Shown: positions 27,141 through 38,864 of the stretch, piece after piece
Position numbering within the stretch: position 1 is the first letter of the stretch
Layout of the letters: every line of letters starts with the position of its first letter
Origin: Dehalococcoidia bacterium
GTDB taxonomy: Bacteria > Chloroflexota > Dehalococcoidia > Bin125
DNA length: 64,000 bases
Reading direction: 5' to 3'
Assembly (NCBI GenBank): GCA_963663895.2
Contig: CAXXRD010000001.1
Location: 824,801 to 888,800, forward strand
Position numbers and translations under genes: made by a program
Notes under the pieces: generated by a model
What the model was told of the DNA's origin: nothing
The model's database searches: none
Seen by the model: the letters and a program-made list of their open reading frames with translations, nothing else

Positions 27141-27413
27141 ATGACGATAGCCGCGTTGATCGCCGAGCAACTCGCGAGCGCCCGCCGCATCCGGGCGGAC
27201 GGGCCGACCACGATCGACTACTTGCGCTGGCGTGACGCCACAGACGAGTTGTTGGTCGACCTGTTGGGCGCGTCGCACACGGGGGTCGCGGCGTTCCGCG
27301 CGGCGGTAGGGCCGACGCACGCCAAGGACGCGGAGGGTCTTCAGATCGACGGTCCGCACGGGATGCTGGCGCGCCTCGATCGGGGAACGGCGGTACTGCG
27401 CCGCCTGCGCTAA
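27141..27413 (+). CDS. Hypothetical protein (probably leaderless)
   Basis: 90-aa ORF; TATACT lies 7 nt upstream of the ATG. Confidence 0.55.
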   Translation: MTIAALIAEQLASARRIRADGPTTIDYLRWRDATDELLVDLLGASHTGVAAFRAAVGPTHAKDAEGLQIDGPHGMLARLDRGTAVLRRLR

Positions 27414-28120
27414 GTGATCACGCCCTCCGCGGGCTTCGTGTGGGCCCGGACGATCTGCGCGGCGATCTCGGCTGCGTCGTCGTAGGAGAGAGCGGTGGTG
27501 TTAAGGACGGCGTCGTAGAGGCGCGGGTCCCACACGTCGACTTTCCAAAACCGTTGATGGAAGCGCTGCCGGTTCTTGCGGAATTCGAGGATGCGGCGCC
27601 GGGCGCTCTCCTTGCTGAGCGACTCCCACTCCTGCACGCGGGCGACGCGGACCTCCAAGTCGGCGATGATCTGCAGATGCACGGTCTGGGGGCGGTGGCG
27701 AAGGATCATCTGTCCACCGCGCCCGATGATGACGACATCGCCGCGGTCCGCGATCCCCGTGATCACGCGGGTCAGCGTTTCAAGGTGGGTCTTGTCATCG
27801 ACCCGGACGGCGCGCCCCTCGTAGGTCACGTCCTGATAGCTCTGGGAGAGCATCATCTCCAGGGTGCCGGCGCCGATGAAGAGGTCGCTGCCACCGGCCG
27901 AGCGCTCCAGCGCGCGCTCGAGGAAATGGACGAGCCGTTGGCGAAACGAGTCGGCGCGCTCGTCGCGCGCCTCGACGCTGCTGAGGCCCACGCCGAGCAT
28001 GCGCGCGGCTTCCACCAGGACCGCGTGATCGACGTAGTCGAACTCCAAGACCCGCGCGAGGCGCTGCCCCACCTCGCGGGCGCCAGCGCCGAACTGTGCC
28101 GAGATCGTGACGACGGGCAT
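27410..28120 (-). CDS. Cytidylate kinase-like family protein
   Basis: VVTISAQFGAGA, VIIGRGG and DPRLYDAVLNT. Confidence 0.85.
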   Translation of the reverse strand: MPVVTISAQFGAGAREVGQRLARVLEFDYVDHAVLVEAARMLGVGLSSVEARDERADSFRQRLVHFLERALERSAGGSDLFIGAGTLEMMLSQSYQDVTYEGRAVRVDDKTHLETLTRVITGIADRGDVVIIGRGGQMILRHRPQTVHLQIIADLEVRVARVQEWESLSKESARRRILEFRKNRQRFHQRFWKVDVWDPRLYDAVLNTTALSYDDAAEIAAQIVRAHTKPAEGVIT

Positions 28121-28190
28121 GGCTGAACCCTCTCTCCTTCAGTCTCTCCCATAAGTCGACCGTTGGGTCCAGGCAGCGGTCATGGGGACG

Positions 28191-29168
28191 TTACCACCAG
28201 ACGATCCCTTCCAAGTCCTCGTCGGCGCCGGGCTCGCGGAGCCAGAGGGGAGAATCGAGATATTTCCAGCCGGCGTCGGCGAAGACGCAGACGATGCTGA
28301 TCTCGCCGGCGCTGGGGAACTCGCCGAACCGCCGCATACGATCGGCGTAGGTCCGGGCAGCATGGAGGACGGCGCCGGCAGAGACGCCGCCGAAGATGCC
28401 CTCCAGGGTCACGAGCTCCCGGGCGGCGCGGAAGGCGTCGGCGCTTCGGACGAGGATCTTGGCGTCGAGGAGATCGGAGTCGAGGAGGGGCGGCACGAAG
28501 CCATCGTCGAAGGTCGCCAGCCCTTGCACCTGGCTGGCCGGATGCGCCTCCGTCGCGACGACCTTGAGCTGAGGGATCCGCTCCTTGAGGTAGCTTCCGG
28601 CTCCCGTGATCGTGCCACCGGTGCCAACGCCGGCGACGAACACGTGGGGCGCGGGGATGGCCGCGTGGATCTCGGGCCCGGTGGTGTCGTAGTGGGTGTC
28701 GCAGTTGGCGGCGTCGTGGAACTGGTCGAGGAAATATGCCCCGATCTCGGCAGCGCGCCGCGCCGCTTCCCGCATCGCGCCGCGCATCCCCGCTGCGGCG
28801 GGCGTCCAGGTGAGACTGGCCCCGTAGACTTCCAGCAGCCGGGCGATGGGCGGGTAGGCATTCTCCGGGGCAACGACCTCGATCGGGTGACCCAGGCGGC
28901 GACCGATCATCGCCAGGGCAATGCCGGTATTGCCGGTGGAGGCCTCCACAACGGGCTGGCGCGGCATGAGCCGCCCGTCTTCGTGCCCATGCGCCAGCAT
29001 GTGATAGACGATGCGGTCCTTGACGCTGCCGGTGGGATTGGTGCCTTCGAGCTTCGCGAAGAGCCGCACGCCCGCGGGGCGCGCGACGGCAGTGAGCTCG
29101 ACGAAAGGGGTCGCCCCAATCGCGGTGAAGATGTCGCCGTAGAGGCGATGGTGGGCGATCTCGGCCAC
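28191..29168 (-). CDS. cysM: PLP-dependent cysteine synthase, mycobacterial CysM-like
   Basis: KLEGTNPTGSVKDR, EASTGNTG, GTGGT and C-terminal DAGWKYL...LEGIVWW. Confidence 0.75.
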   Translation of the reverse strand: MAEIAHHRLYGDIFTAIGATPFVELTAVARPAGVRLFAKLEGTNPTGSVKDRIVYHMLAHGHEDGRLMPRQPVVEASTGNTGIALAMIGRRLGHPIEVVAPENAYPPIARLLEVYGASLTWTPAAAGMRGAMREAARRAAEIGAYFLDQFHDAANCDTHYDTTGPEIHAAIPAPHVFVAGVGTGGTITGAGSYLKERIPQLKVVATEAHPASQVQGLATFDDGFVPPLLDSDLLDAKILVRSADAFRAARELVTLEGIFGGVSAGAVLHAARTYADRMRRFGEFPSAGEISIVCVFADAGWKYLDSPLWLREPGADEDLEGIVWW

Positions 29169-29738
29169 CTATGCCCCTCCCTCCCGGATCGCGCCGAGCT
29201 TCACCGTGCGCTCGATGGACCAGACATCGTGGCGCTGCTCGAGTAACGCGATCTGCTGGACGACGACGAAGTACTGGCGGCCCGCCAGTTCGCCCACGGC
29301 GGCGGCGCAATCGGACTCCGAATCAAAGCGGCCGACGGTGATGGCCGGAGTCAGCCCATCGCCGTCGAGAAGCGAAGGCTCCGGAGGATCGAGGGGAAGC
29401 ACTCCGGCGATCGCGCCGGCGAGACCGCGTGCGTCGTCCGCGCCACGGCCCGCGTATAGCTGCAGCAGGTGACGGTCGCCATCGAAGTACCGGCCCGGCG
29501 CACTGAGCGTCAGCACAAAGGGCTGGTAGGCGCCGACCAGCAGCCGCATGGCGTCAACCAGATCGCCCGCGCTGCCGGCGATGGGGCGCGGACCGATCAA
29601 GGGGACATGCGGCGGCACGGCGTCGACCTCGCCCCGGTCGTACAACGCGCGCACCAGGTTGACCTGATCGCGCACGAGATCATCAAGCACGATCGCGATC
29701 ATCCGGTTCGGGCTGTCCGAGGGTGTGGTGCTCATCAT
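29169..29738 (-). CDS. 2H phosphoesterase/2'-5' RNA ligase-like protein with degenerate motifs
   Basis: PPHVPL and TPAITVGR sit at the two HxT positions. Confidence 0.65.
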   Translation of the reverse strand: MMSTTPSDSPNRMIAIVLDDLVRDQVNLVRALYDRGEVDAVPPHVPLIGPRPIAGSAGDLVDAMRLLVGAYQPFVLTLSAPGRYFDGDRHLLQLYAGRGADDARGLAGAIAGVLPLDPPEPSLLDGDGLTPAITVGRFDSESDCAAAVGELAGRQYFVVVQQIALLEQRHDVWSIERTVKLGAIREGGA

Positions 29739-29754
29739 GCTCTGAGCTTAAAGG

Positions 29755-29784
29755 AGACCGCCCCCGCAGATGCAGGGGCGGTCT
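29755..29784 (-). terminator. Intrinsic terminator of hsp20
   Basis: AGACCGCCCC...GGGGCGGTCT stem, followed by CCTTT on the minus strand. Confidence 0.65.
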
Positions 29785-29808
29785 GAAGGGACAAGGCAGA
29801 AGCAGGCG

Positions 29809-30312
29809 TTAGCCGGCCTTCACCGTGATCTGCTTGGGCTGCACCTCCGGCAGCAACTGGATGGTGAGGGTCAGCACGCCATCTTTGAGCGTGGCCTCGA
29901 CGGAGTCCGCGTCGTACTCCTCGCCGATGAGAATGCTGCGCGAGGCGCCGCCACTGTAGCGCTCGCGAACCACGTAGGTACGATCGGCGCCGGCACGCGC
30001 GCCTTGGTCACCAGAGGCATGGCTGGTGGTCTCTCCCGTGTGCTCGCTCGTGTGCCCGGCGCGGATGGCGAGGACACCTTTCTCAAGGCTGACGTTGATC
30101 TCGTCCGGGCTAAAGCCGGGGAGAGGCGTTTCGACCGTGAGGGCCCCCTCCGTCTTGTAGGCGTCGAGAGGGGGAGCGATCTCACCGTTGTGGGAGCGCC
30201 AGCCCAAGCTCCGGTCTTTGCCGCGCGCCGGGAAGAAGAAGGGGTCCTCGTTCATGCGCCGCATCATGGCCCGTACCTCGCGGAAGGGATCGAAAACGGT
30301 GATCTGGGTCAT
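29809..30312 (-). CDS. Hsp20/alpha-crystallin small heat shock protein
   Basis: FDPFRE, PLD, LPG, RERYSG and ATLKDGVLTLTI; GAGGAG RBS. Confidence 0.93.
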   Translation of the reverse strand: MTQITVFDPFREVRAMMRRMNEDPFFFPARGKDRSLGWRSHNGEIAPPLDAYKTEGALTVETPLPGFSPDEINVSLEKGVLAIRAGHTSEHTGETTSHASGDQGARAGADRTYVVRERYSGGASRSILIGEEYDADSVEATLKDGVLTLTIQLLPEVQPKQITVKAG

Positions 30313-30400
30313 CGGTATCAACTCTCCTCTCTCGTTCTGCTTTCCTGCTGGGTCATCAAGTACCGTTATTTTGGCAAGTCACTCCAAATAAGTCAAATAA

Positions 30401-30421
30401 CTTGAGTGTCTTTTACTCAAC
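30401..30421. promoter_or_regulatory. HAIR (HspR-associated inverted repeat) operator
   Basis: CTTGAGT-N7-ACTCAAC versus consensus CTTGAGT-N7-ACTCAAG, in the AT-rich divergent hsp20/dnaJ region. A degenerate copy lies at 30438-30458. Confidence 0.9.
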
Positions 30422-30515
30422 TAATCATACTCTTAAATATGAGACTACTGTACTCTGTGATGTGTAGCTGAGATAGACCTTCCGATGACACTGGCAATCT
30501 GGAGAGGGGGCGCGT

Positions 30516-31538
30516 ATGGCCGGGGACTACTACGCCGTTCTGGGCGTAGGGCGCGACGCTTCCTCTAAGGAGATCCAGTCGGCCTACCGGCGGCTGGCGC
30601 GGAAGTTTCACCCCGATGTGACGGGCGGGGACAAGAAGGCGGAGGAGCGCTTCAAGGCGATCAACGAAGCGCACGAGGTGCTCTCGGATAAAGAAAAACG
30701 GGCAGCGTACGACCGCTGGGATGATCAGTGGATGCATGCGGAGCAACTGGAGAAGGCACAGCAAGCGAGCGCCCGCTTCGGCGGCCCGGGCGCCGGGGGA
30801 GGCGGTTGGCGCTTCGAGTTCGGTGGAGATCCCTCGCAGTTCGAGGTGGGCGACTTGGGCCGAGGCGGCTTCGGGCAGATGTTCGAACGGCTATTTCGAA
30901 GCGGGTCGGGCAATCGGGCAGCGCGCACCCCACCCCCTCCGACGCACGAGGTCACGGTATCGCTCACGGAAGCGTACCAAGGCGCGTCGCGCACCGTGCA
31001 GTTACAGACCCAGGAGGCCTGCGCCACGTGCGGGGGCTCGGGGAGTATCGGCACGGCCGTGTGCCACGCCTGCCAAGGCAGGGGGCACGCCGCCGCCGGC
31101 AAGCGGCTGGAGGTGAAGATCCCGGCCGGAGTGGAGACCGGGAGCAAGATCCGGCTGCGCGGCAAGGACCCAACACCGTCGAGCGACATCGTCCTGGTGG
31201 TGCATGTGGAGAAGGATCCGCGGTTCGAGCGGCGCGGCGCGGCGCTGCACAGCGAGGTGTTGGTGCCGCTGACGACGGTGGTGCTGGGCGGCGAGGTCGC
31301 GGTGCCGACGGTTGATTCGTCGGTGATGTTGCGCGTTCCGTCGGGCACGCAGAACGGTCGCGTGTTCCGGCTGGCGGGGAAGGGGATGCCGATCTTGAAC
31401 AAGAAAGGGCGCGGCGACCTCTTCGCCAAAGTGCGGGTCGTCCTGCCCGAGCATCTGACGCCACGGATGCGAGAGCTGTTCGAAGAGCTGCACCGTCTCA
31501 CGAACGGCGCCGAGCCAGGCGAGCGGCGCTCGGCTTAG
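30516..31538 (+). CDS. DnaJ/CbpA-like J-domain chaperone with a single Zn site
   Basis: DYYAVLG, HPD, G/F region, only two CxxCxGxG repeats, and a C-terminal domain. Confidence 0.92.
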   Translation: MAGDYYAVLGVGRDASSKEIQSAYRRLARKFHPDVTGGDKKAEERFKAINEAHEVLSDKEKRAAYDRWDDQWMHAEQLEKAQQASARFGGPGAGGGGWRFEFGGDPSQFEVGDLGRGGFGQMFERLFRSGSGNRAARTPPPPTHEVTVSLTEAYQGASRTVQLQTQEACATCGGSGSIGTAVCHACQGRGHAAAGKRLEVKIPAGVETGSKIRLRGKDPTPSSDIVLVVHVEKDPRFERRGAALHSEVLVPLTTVVLGGEVAVPTVDSSVMLRVPSGTQNGRVFRLAGKGMPILNKKGRGDLFAKVRVVLPEHLTPRMRELFEELHRLTNGAEPGERRSA

Positions 31539-31561
31539 GGGAAGACGAGGAAGATTCGCGA

Positions 31562-31918
31562 ATGACGGCACCATCGACTGAACCGGTCTACGTGATCAGC
31601 GTCGTGGCGCGGATGATCGGCGTGCATGCCCAGACGCTGCGGATATACGAACGCGAGGGGTTGGTGCAGCCGGCGCGGTCGCGGGGCGGGCTGCGGATGT
31701 ACTCGGAGGCCGACATTGAGCGGCTGCGATTGATTCGCCGGCTCATGGACGAACTCGGCGTCAACATCGCCGGGGTGGACGTGATTCTGAACTTGATGGA
31801 GCGCGTGGGGGCATTGGAGCAGCAGATCGAAAAGCTCCAGGACGAGCTCCAGCGCGCGCGCGACCGGCATCTGCCGGCGCCGCAGCCGTTCCGGCCGCAA
31901 GCGCGCGAAGAGGCTTAA
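31562..31918 (+). CDS. hspR: MerR-family heat-shock repressor HspR
   Basis: YVISVVARMIGVHAQTLRIYER and LGVNIAGV; lies between dnaJ and clp with a HAIR upstream. Confidence 0.9.
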   Translation: MTAPSTEPVYVISVVARMIGVHAQTLRIYEREGLVQPARSRGGLRMYSEADIERLRLIRRLMDELGVNIAGVDVILNLMERVGALEQQIEKLQDELQRARDRHLPAPQPFRPQAREEA

Positions 31919-31936
31919 GCGGGGAGGGCACGAACA

Positions 31937-34417
<2,481 letters not shown>

Positions 34418-34520
34418 CTCCCGGCGCACACGTTCGCGGCCCGGGGCGAGCGCCAGGCATTCTTCCCGAGGTCAATAGGGGAAGCCCAGGGCAGCCGATC
34501 CAATGGGGAAGTAGCGCCCC

Positions 34521-35171
34521 TCAGTCGCGGCGGGGGACGCCCAAGCGGCCGAGCACGCTGGCGAAGGTCTCGAAATCCTGGGCGCCCATCATCATGTAGC
34601 GGTCGCCGAACAGAAACGTGGGCGTGCTGGTGATGCCGTGCTCGCGCATGCGAGCGGTGCTCTCGGTGACCGCCTCGCTATAGGCGCCGCGCTCCAAATG
34701 GGCGCGGAGATCGGCGCCGTCGAGGCCTTGCTCGCCGGCGATGGCGACCACTTGGTCGACGGTGCTGATGTTGCGGGCCTCGCCGAAGTAGGCGGTGAAG
34801 ATGGCGTAGTGGAGCTTGTCGTAGGCATCGGGGCCTTGGTCCCGGGCCCATTCGCTCGCGGCGAGGGCGTTGTGGCTGTTGGCGATGAGGGGGTTGCCCT
34901 GGAAGGGCAGGCCGGCTTGCTGGGCCTCCGCGGCGAGGTACTCGCGCACCTCCGGCTTCATAAGGGGGCGGCGCTCGTCTCGCTCATAGCCTTGGGCGGG
35001 AATTTCAGGGTGGAGCTCGAACGGGACCCATTCGGCTTCGGCCGTGAACTCGCGCACCATGCGGTCGGTGCGAGCCAGACCGATGTAGCACCAGGGTCAG
35101 AGGTAGTCGGAGACGATGGTGATCTTGATGGGGTTGGCAGCGCTGTAGACGATCTCGGGTTGGTCAGGCAT
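34521..35171 (-). CDS. DsbA/FrnE-family thiol-disulfide oxidoreductase, probable selenoprotein (U-P-W-C)
   Basis: ATG 35171 follows GGAGG. Reads ITIVSDYL-TGA-PWCYIG...WVPFELHPE...GITSTPTF...GAQ, with the TGA at 35097-35099 in the place of the first CxxC Cys. Confidence 0.85.
35038..35083 (-). promoter_or_regulatory. Putative bacterial SECIS hairpin
   Basis: Stem CGCACC/GGTGCG with loop GACCGCAT that starts with G about 30 nt after the UGA. A lower stem TCGGTC/GGCCGA is also possible. Confidence 0.6.
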
Positions 35172-36354
35172 CGGGCTCTCCTCCGGGCGGTTGGCCGTCC
35201 GTCTCCCTGGCGGCGGGGAGCGCGGGCTCCACGGTGGCGGCGGCCGAGGCGGCGGGCCGCCAGGGTTGCCGTGCTGCCCGAACCCACTCGCTCCAAGCGG
35301 CTCTGGGGTTGCCGGCGATATCGTGCAGCCCCATCTGCGCGACGAGATCATAGGGGCTTTCGCTAGCGTAGGCAGGGTCACGGGGGGCGAGCCAAACGAG
35401 GAGTTCCCATTGCTGGGCCTGCGCTTCGGCCAGCATGCGCCGGAGAAAGCTGGCCTGCCCGGATTCGGTGCCGTAGGTAAGGCCGCCGCGGCCGGAGCCG
35501 GCCGCGTAGCCGACGGGGACGAGGGCGAGGGGCTTTTCAAAGGCGCGCAGCCGGGAGAAGTACTCCGCCGGGATCTCGGTGACGAAGGGGAAGACGAAGG
35601 AAGGGAAAGTGCTGACGGCGAGGAGATCGAGGACGTCGCTCAGGCGCTGGACGAGGGGCCATTGGGGAGGGTGGGGGGCGACCCACTGGAGCAGGCCCTG
35701 CAGGTCTTCGAGCTGGAAGGTGGCGAACACGGCGCTGCCGGGGCGCTGCGCTTTGGCGCGCGCGTAGGCCTGGCGGTAAGCGGCTTCGAAGGGAGCGAAG
35801 CCGCTGGGGTTGGCACGCGCGATCTGGTCCATGTCCACAGCGAGGGCGAGCCAGCGAGGCTGGTAGTGCTCAAGGATGAGATCGACGTAGCGCAGGTAGG
35901 CATCGACGACGGCGGGATCCGCGAAGGAAGCGCCGGGGGCGCCGGCGGTGAGACGGGCGCGGTCGGTGAGATCGAAGGGGTCGATGGCGAAGAGAAGATC
36001 GAGACCGAGTTGGTCGAGGAGGGAGCGCTCGTGGGCGATCGTGGCGCGCGTGTCGTCGGAGAGCTGGACGCCGGCGAGGAGCTCGGGCCAAGGAGGTGCG
36101 CGCTGAATCATGATGACGTCGCCGAAGGCGGCGGCCGTGTGGAAGAGAGCGAGGTGCGACTCGGCGGTGAGGTCGCCGGGGACGGCGCTGAAGCCCATGG
36201 CGAAGGGGCGCGGATCGGCAGGGGGCGAGGCGGTTGTAGTGGGAGTGGAAGCGGGAACGGGGGCGGGATCAGCGGCGCAAGCGGCGATCAGCGGAAGGGC
36301 GGCCAGAAGAAGAGCAACAGGGCGCAGTTGCAGGAACCAGTTGCGCATCATCAT
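35164..36354 (-). CDS. Lipoprotein with putative glycoside-hydrolase-like TIM barrel
   Basis: Lipobox IAAC, Pro/Thr linker and alternating beta/alpha pattern; overlaps the DsbA start by 8 nt. Confidence 0.55.
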   Translation of the reverse strand: MMMRNWFLQLRPVALLLAALPLIAACAADPAPVPASTPTTTASPPADPRPFAMGFSAVPGDLTAESHLALFHTAAAFGDVIMIQRAPPWPELLAGVQLSDDTRATIAHERSLLDQLGLDLLFAIDPFDLTDRARLTAGAPGASFADPAVVDAYLRYVDLILEHYQPRWLALAVDMDQIARANPSGFAPFEAAYRQAYARAKAQRPGSAVFATFQLEDLQGLLQWVAPHPPQWPLVQRLSDVLDLLAVSTFPSFVFPFVTEIPAEYFSRLRAFEKPLALVPVGYAAGSGRGGLTYGTESGQASFLRRMLAEAQAQQWELLVWLAPRDPAYASESPYDLVAQMGLHDIAGNPRAAWSEWVRAARQPWRPAASAAATVEPALPAARETDGQPPGGEPDA

Positions 36355-36500
36355 CGCGGTGCCTGCGTTGGGCTCCGTGGCCGCCGTCCCCCTCCCGCGT
36401 GCACGATTGTACCGGCGGATCGCCGGTCCGCGCGTTTGGACCGGGCGCGGTTCGATATACTCATCAGCGGGGGTCGCAGGGTGGACGACGGAGTGTGGGC

Positions 36501-38705
36501 ATGCTCGAGCGCTGCCGCGCCCGCGCGCTCATCGCGATCGTGGTATCGGTTGCCCTTGCGGGCGCGTGCGCCGACGACGCTCCCGATCTTTCCGAATTCT
36601 TTCCGTCACCCGACGAGGAAGCGGCGGAGCCGGAGCCGCCGAGCGCCGCCGCCCAAGTAGATACGGTCCCGCCAAGCACGGAGGCGCCGGAGCTGGATCT
36701 GTCGGTGGCGCCAGCGACCGCCCTGGCAGCCGTGCAGACCTTCTTCACTCTGGTATCGGAGGAACGCTTTGAGGAAGCGTATCGCCTGTTGACGACCGCG
36801 GTGCGGGAGACAACGACGGTCGAGGACTTCGCGGAGCGGTATCGGGATATCTACGCGGCGGCGGCGATCACGGGGATGACGTACGAGATACCGCCCCCGC
36901 CGGGGCCCAACGTAGCGGGGGTCGAGGTCGTCCTGCGCTACGAGAGCGCATTTTTCGGGCCAATCGAGGAGCGGATCTTCACCCCAACCCGGCGGGAACC
37001 GAACTGGGTCGTGGAATGGAGTGCGGATCTGATCTTTGCAGGGTTGGGCGTGCCGGGATATCTCATCACGCGGCTACCGGAGGTACCGGTGCGGGGCAAC
37101 ATCTACGACCGCAACGGCGTCCCGCTCGCGGCCGAGGGTGAGGTCGCCGTGGTGGGGGTGTCCTTGGATCTGACACCGGACCCGGAGGTCGTGATCGAGT
37201 TGCTGGTCGATCTGCTGGAGCTTGAGGAGCGGGTTGTTCGGGACCTGGTGTACCAAGACGTGCCGGGCTACTACTTCATCCCGATCGCCCGGCTGCCCTA
37301 CGACGCCCATCCGGCCCTGATCGCGGAGCTGGAGCAGCTCGCGGCGCAAGGGATCTTGATCCAGCGGGAGACGCGCCGCGTATATCCGGAGGGAACGCTG
37401 GCGGCGCACGTGGTTGGCTTCATGGCGGAGGTGACGGCGGAAGAGCTGGAGGAAGGGCTCGCGTTGCAGGGGTATCGCCCGGGAGACCGGGTGGGGCGCG
37501 ACGGCGTCGAGGCAGCCTTCGAAGAGGCGCTGGCCGGTAAGCGGGGGGGGCGGTTGACGATCGTGGGGCCGGGAGGGGCGATCGTGCGCGAGATCGCGAC
37601 GGTGGCGTCGGAGCCGTCACGCGATGTGCACTTGACGATCGACGTGCGGATTCAACGGATCGCAGAGTTTTCGCTGAACGATCGGGACGGGGCAGTCGTG
37701 GTGATGGATCCGCGCAACGGCGAGATTCTGGCGCTGGCATCCTATCCGCGTTTCGACCCGAATGCGTTCGTTCGCGGGCTGACGGAGGAGGAATTCGAGC
37801 TCTACTTCGAGGATCCCGGACAGCCGTTCGTGAATCGGCCGACGGAGCGGCTGTATCCGCCGGGATCGACGTTCAAGGTGGTGACGCTGGCAGCGGGGCT
37901 GGAGGCGGGGGGATACGACGAGAGCTCACGGATCGATTGCCCGGCGGTGTGGACGGGATTGGGGCCGGACGTTCCCCTGCTCAACTGGAAAGAGGAAGAC
38001 CAAGGACAGCTGTCGCCGACACAGGCATTAGCGGAGTCCTGCAACCCGGTCTTCTACGAGATCGGAGCGGAGCTGTACAACCGGGGCGAGGATCTTTTGA
38101 GCCAGTTCGCGCACGGGTTCGGGTTCGGGCAGTCGACCGAAGTCGTAGGGCTGCACGATGAGGAGGGGGTCAATCCGGGGCCGGACTGGAAGCGGATCAA
38201 CGAGAACGATTTTTGGTTCGTGGGGGACAACGTCCTGATGAGCATCGGGCAGGGGTTCTTGTTGGCGACACCGCTGCAGATCACGAACGCCTACGCGGCG
38301 TTGGGAACGAACGGGATCGTGAGCAACCCCATTGTGGTGGCGACGCTGCGAACGGCAACGGGCGAGGTGGTGGAGGAGTTCAGGTCGGAGCCGATCGGCG
38401 TCCTCCCGGTGTCGGCAGCGACGCTGGAGTACCTGCAAGCAGCGACGCGGCAGGTGATCGGGACGCGGCGGGGAACGGGGTGGATTCCGTTCAACGGGAG
38501 CGGGGTGCTGGCGGCAGGAAAGTCTGGGACGGCGGAGGATCAGGGGGAGCAGGAGCACGCGCTGTTCGTCGCCTACGCGAATATCCCGGAGCCAAGCGTC
38601 GTAGCGACGGTGGTGCTGGACGACGGCGAATCCGGGGCAGACGACGCAGGACCGATCGTGCGGCGGCTACTGGAGCAGGTGTTGCTGGAAGGGCTGGGAC
38701 CCTAG
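36501..38705 (+). CDS. Class B penicillin-binding protein (PBP2/MecA-N type), lipoprotein
   Basis: Lipobox LAGAC, NTF2-like N domain, RGNIYDRNG, PGSTFK (SxxK), SCN and KSG. Confidence 0.92.
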   Translation: MLERCRARALIAIVVSVALAGACADDAPDLSEFFPSPDEEAAEPEPPSAAAQVDTVPPSTEAPELDLSVAPATALAAVQTFFTLVSEERFEEAYRLLTTAVRETTTVEDFAERYRDIYAAAAITGMTYEIPPPPGPNVAGVEVVLRYESAFFGPIEERIFTPTRREPNWVVEWSADLIFAGLGVPGYLITRLPEVPVRGNIYDRNGVPLAAEGEVAVVGVSLDLTPDPEVVIELLVDLLELEERVVRDLVYQDVPGYYFIPIARLPYDAHPALIAELEQLAAQGILIQRETRRVYPEGTLAAHVVGFMAEVTAEELEEGLALQGYRPGDRVGRDGVEAAFEEALAGKRGGRLTIVGPGGAIVREIATVASEPSRDVHLTIDVRIQRIAEFSLNDRDGAVVVMDPRNGEILALASYPRFDPNAFVRGLTEEEFELYFEDPGQPFVNRPTERLYPPGSTFKVVTLAAGLEAGGYDESSRIDCPAVWTGLGPDVPLLNWKEEDQGQLSPTQALAESCNPVFYEIGAELYNRGEDLLSQFAHGFGFGQSTEVVGLHDEEGVNPGPDWKRINENDFWFVGDNVLMSIGQGFLLATPLQITNAYAALGTNGIVSNPIVVATLRTATGEVVEEFRSEPIGVLPVSAATLEYLQAATRQVIGTRRGTGWIPFNGSGVLAAGKSGTAEDQGEQEHALFVAYANIPEPSVVATVVLDDGESGADDAGPIVRRLLEQVLLEGLGP

Positions 38706-38864
38706 CGGCGGCTGACCCGTGGCGAGCGGGCGTTCGGCCGATCGCCGGCGAGGGACGCGAGACGGCAGAGGCCATGTCGATCGGCCCACAAGAGAGACCC
38801 TGATCGCGGATCGGCACGGATACGCACGGCACGGAGGCAGGCACGGTGCTAGAGTCCGGCGGTT

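Noticed and set aside
34460-34515. CAAT(A)GGGGAAG repeated twice between clpC and the DsbA gene
   Set aside because: Only two imperfect copies between convergent stops, with no supportable function.
38813-38846. Repeated GGCACGG heptamers
   Set aside because: They are short, GC-rich and irregularly spaced, so plausibly chance.
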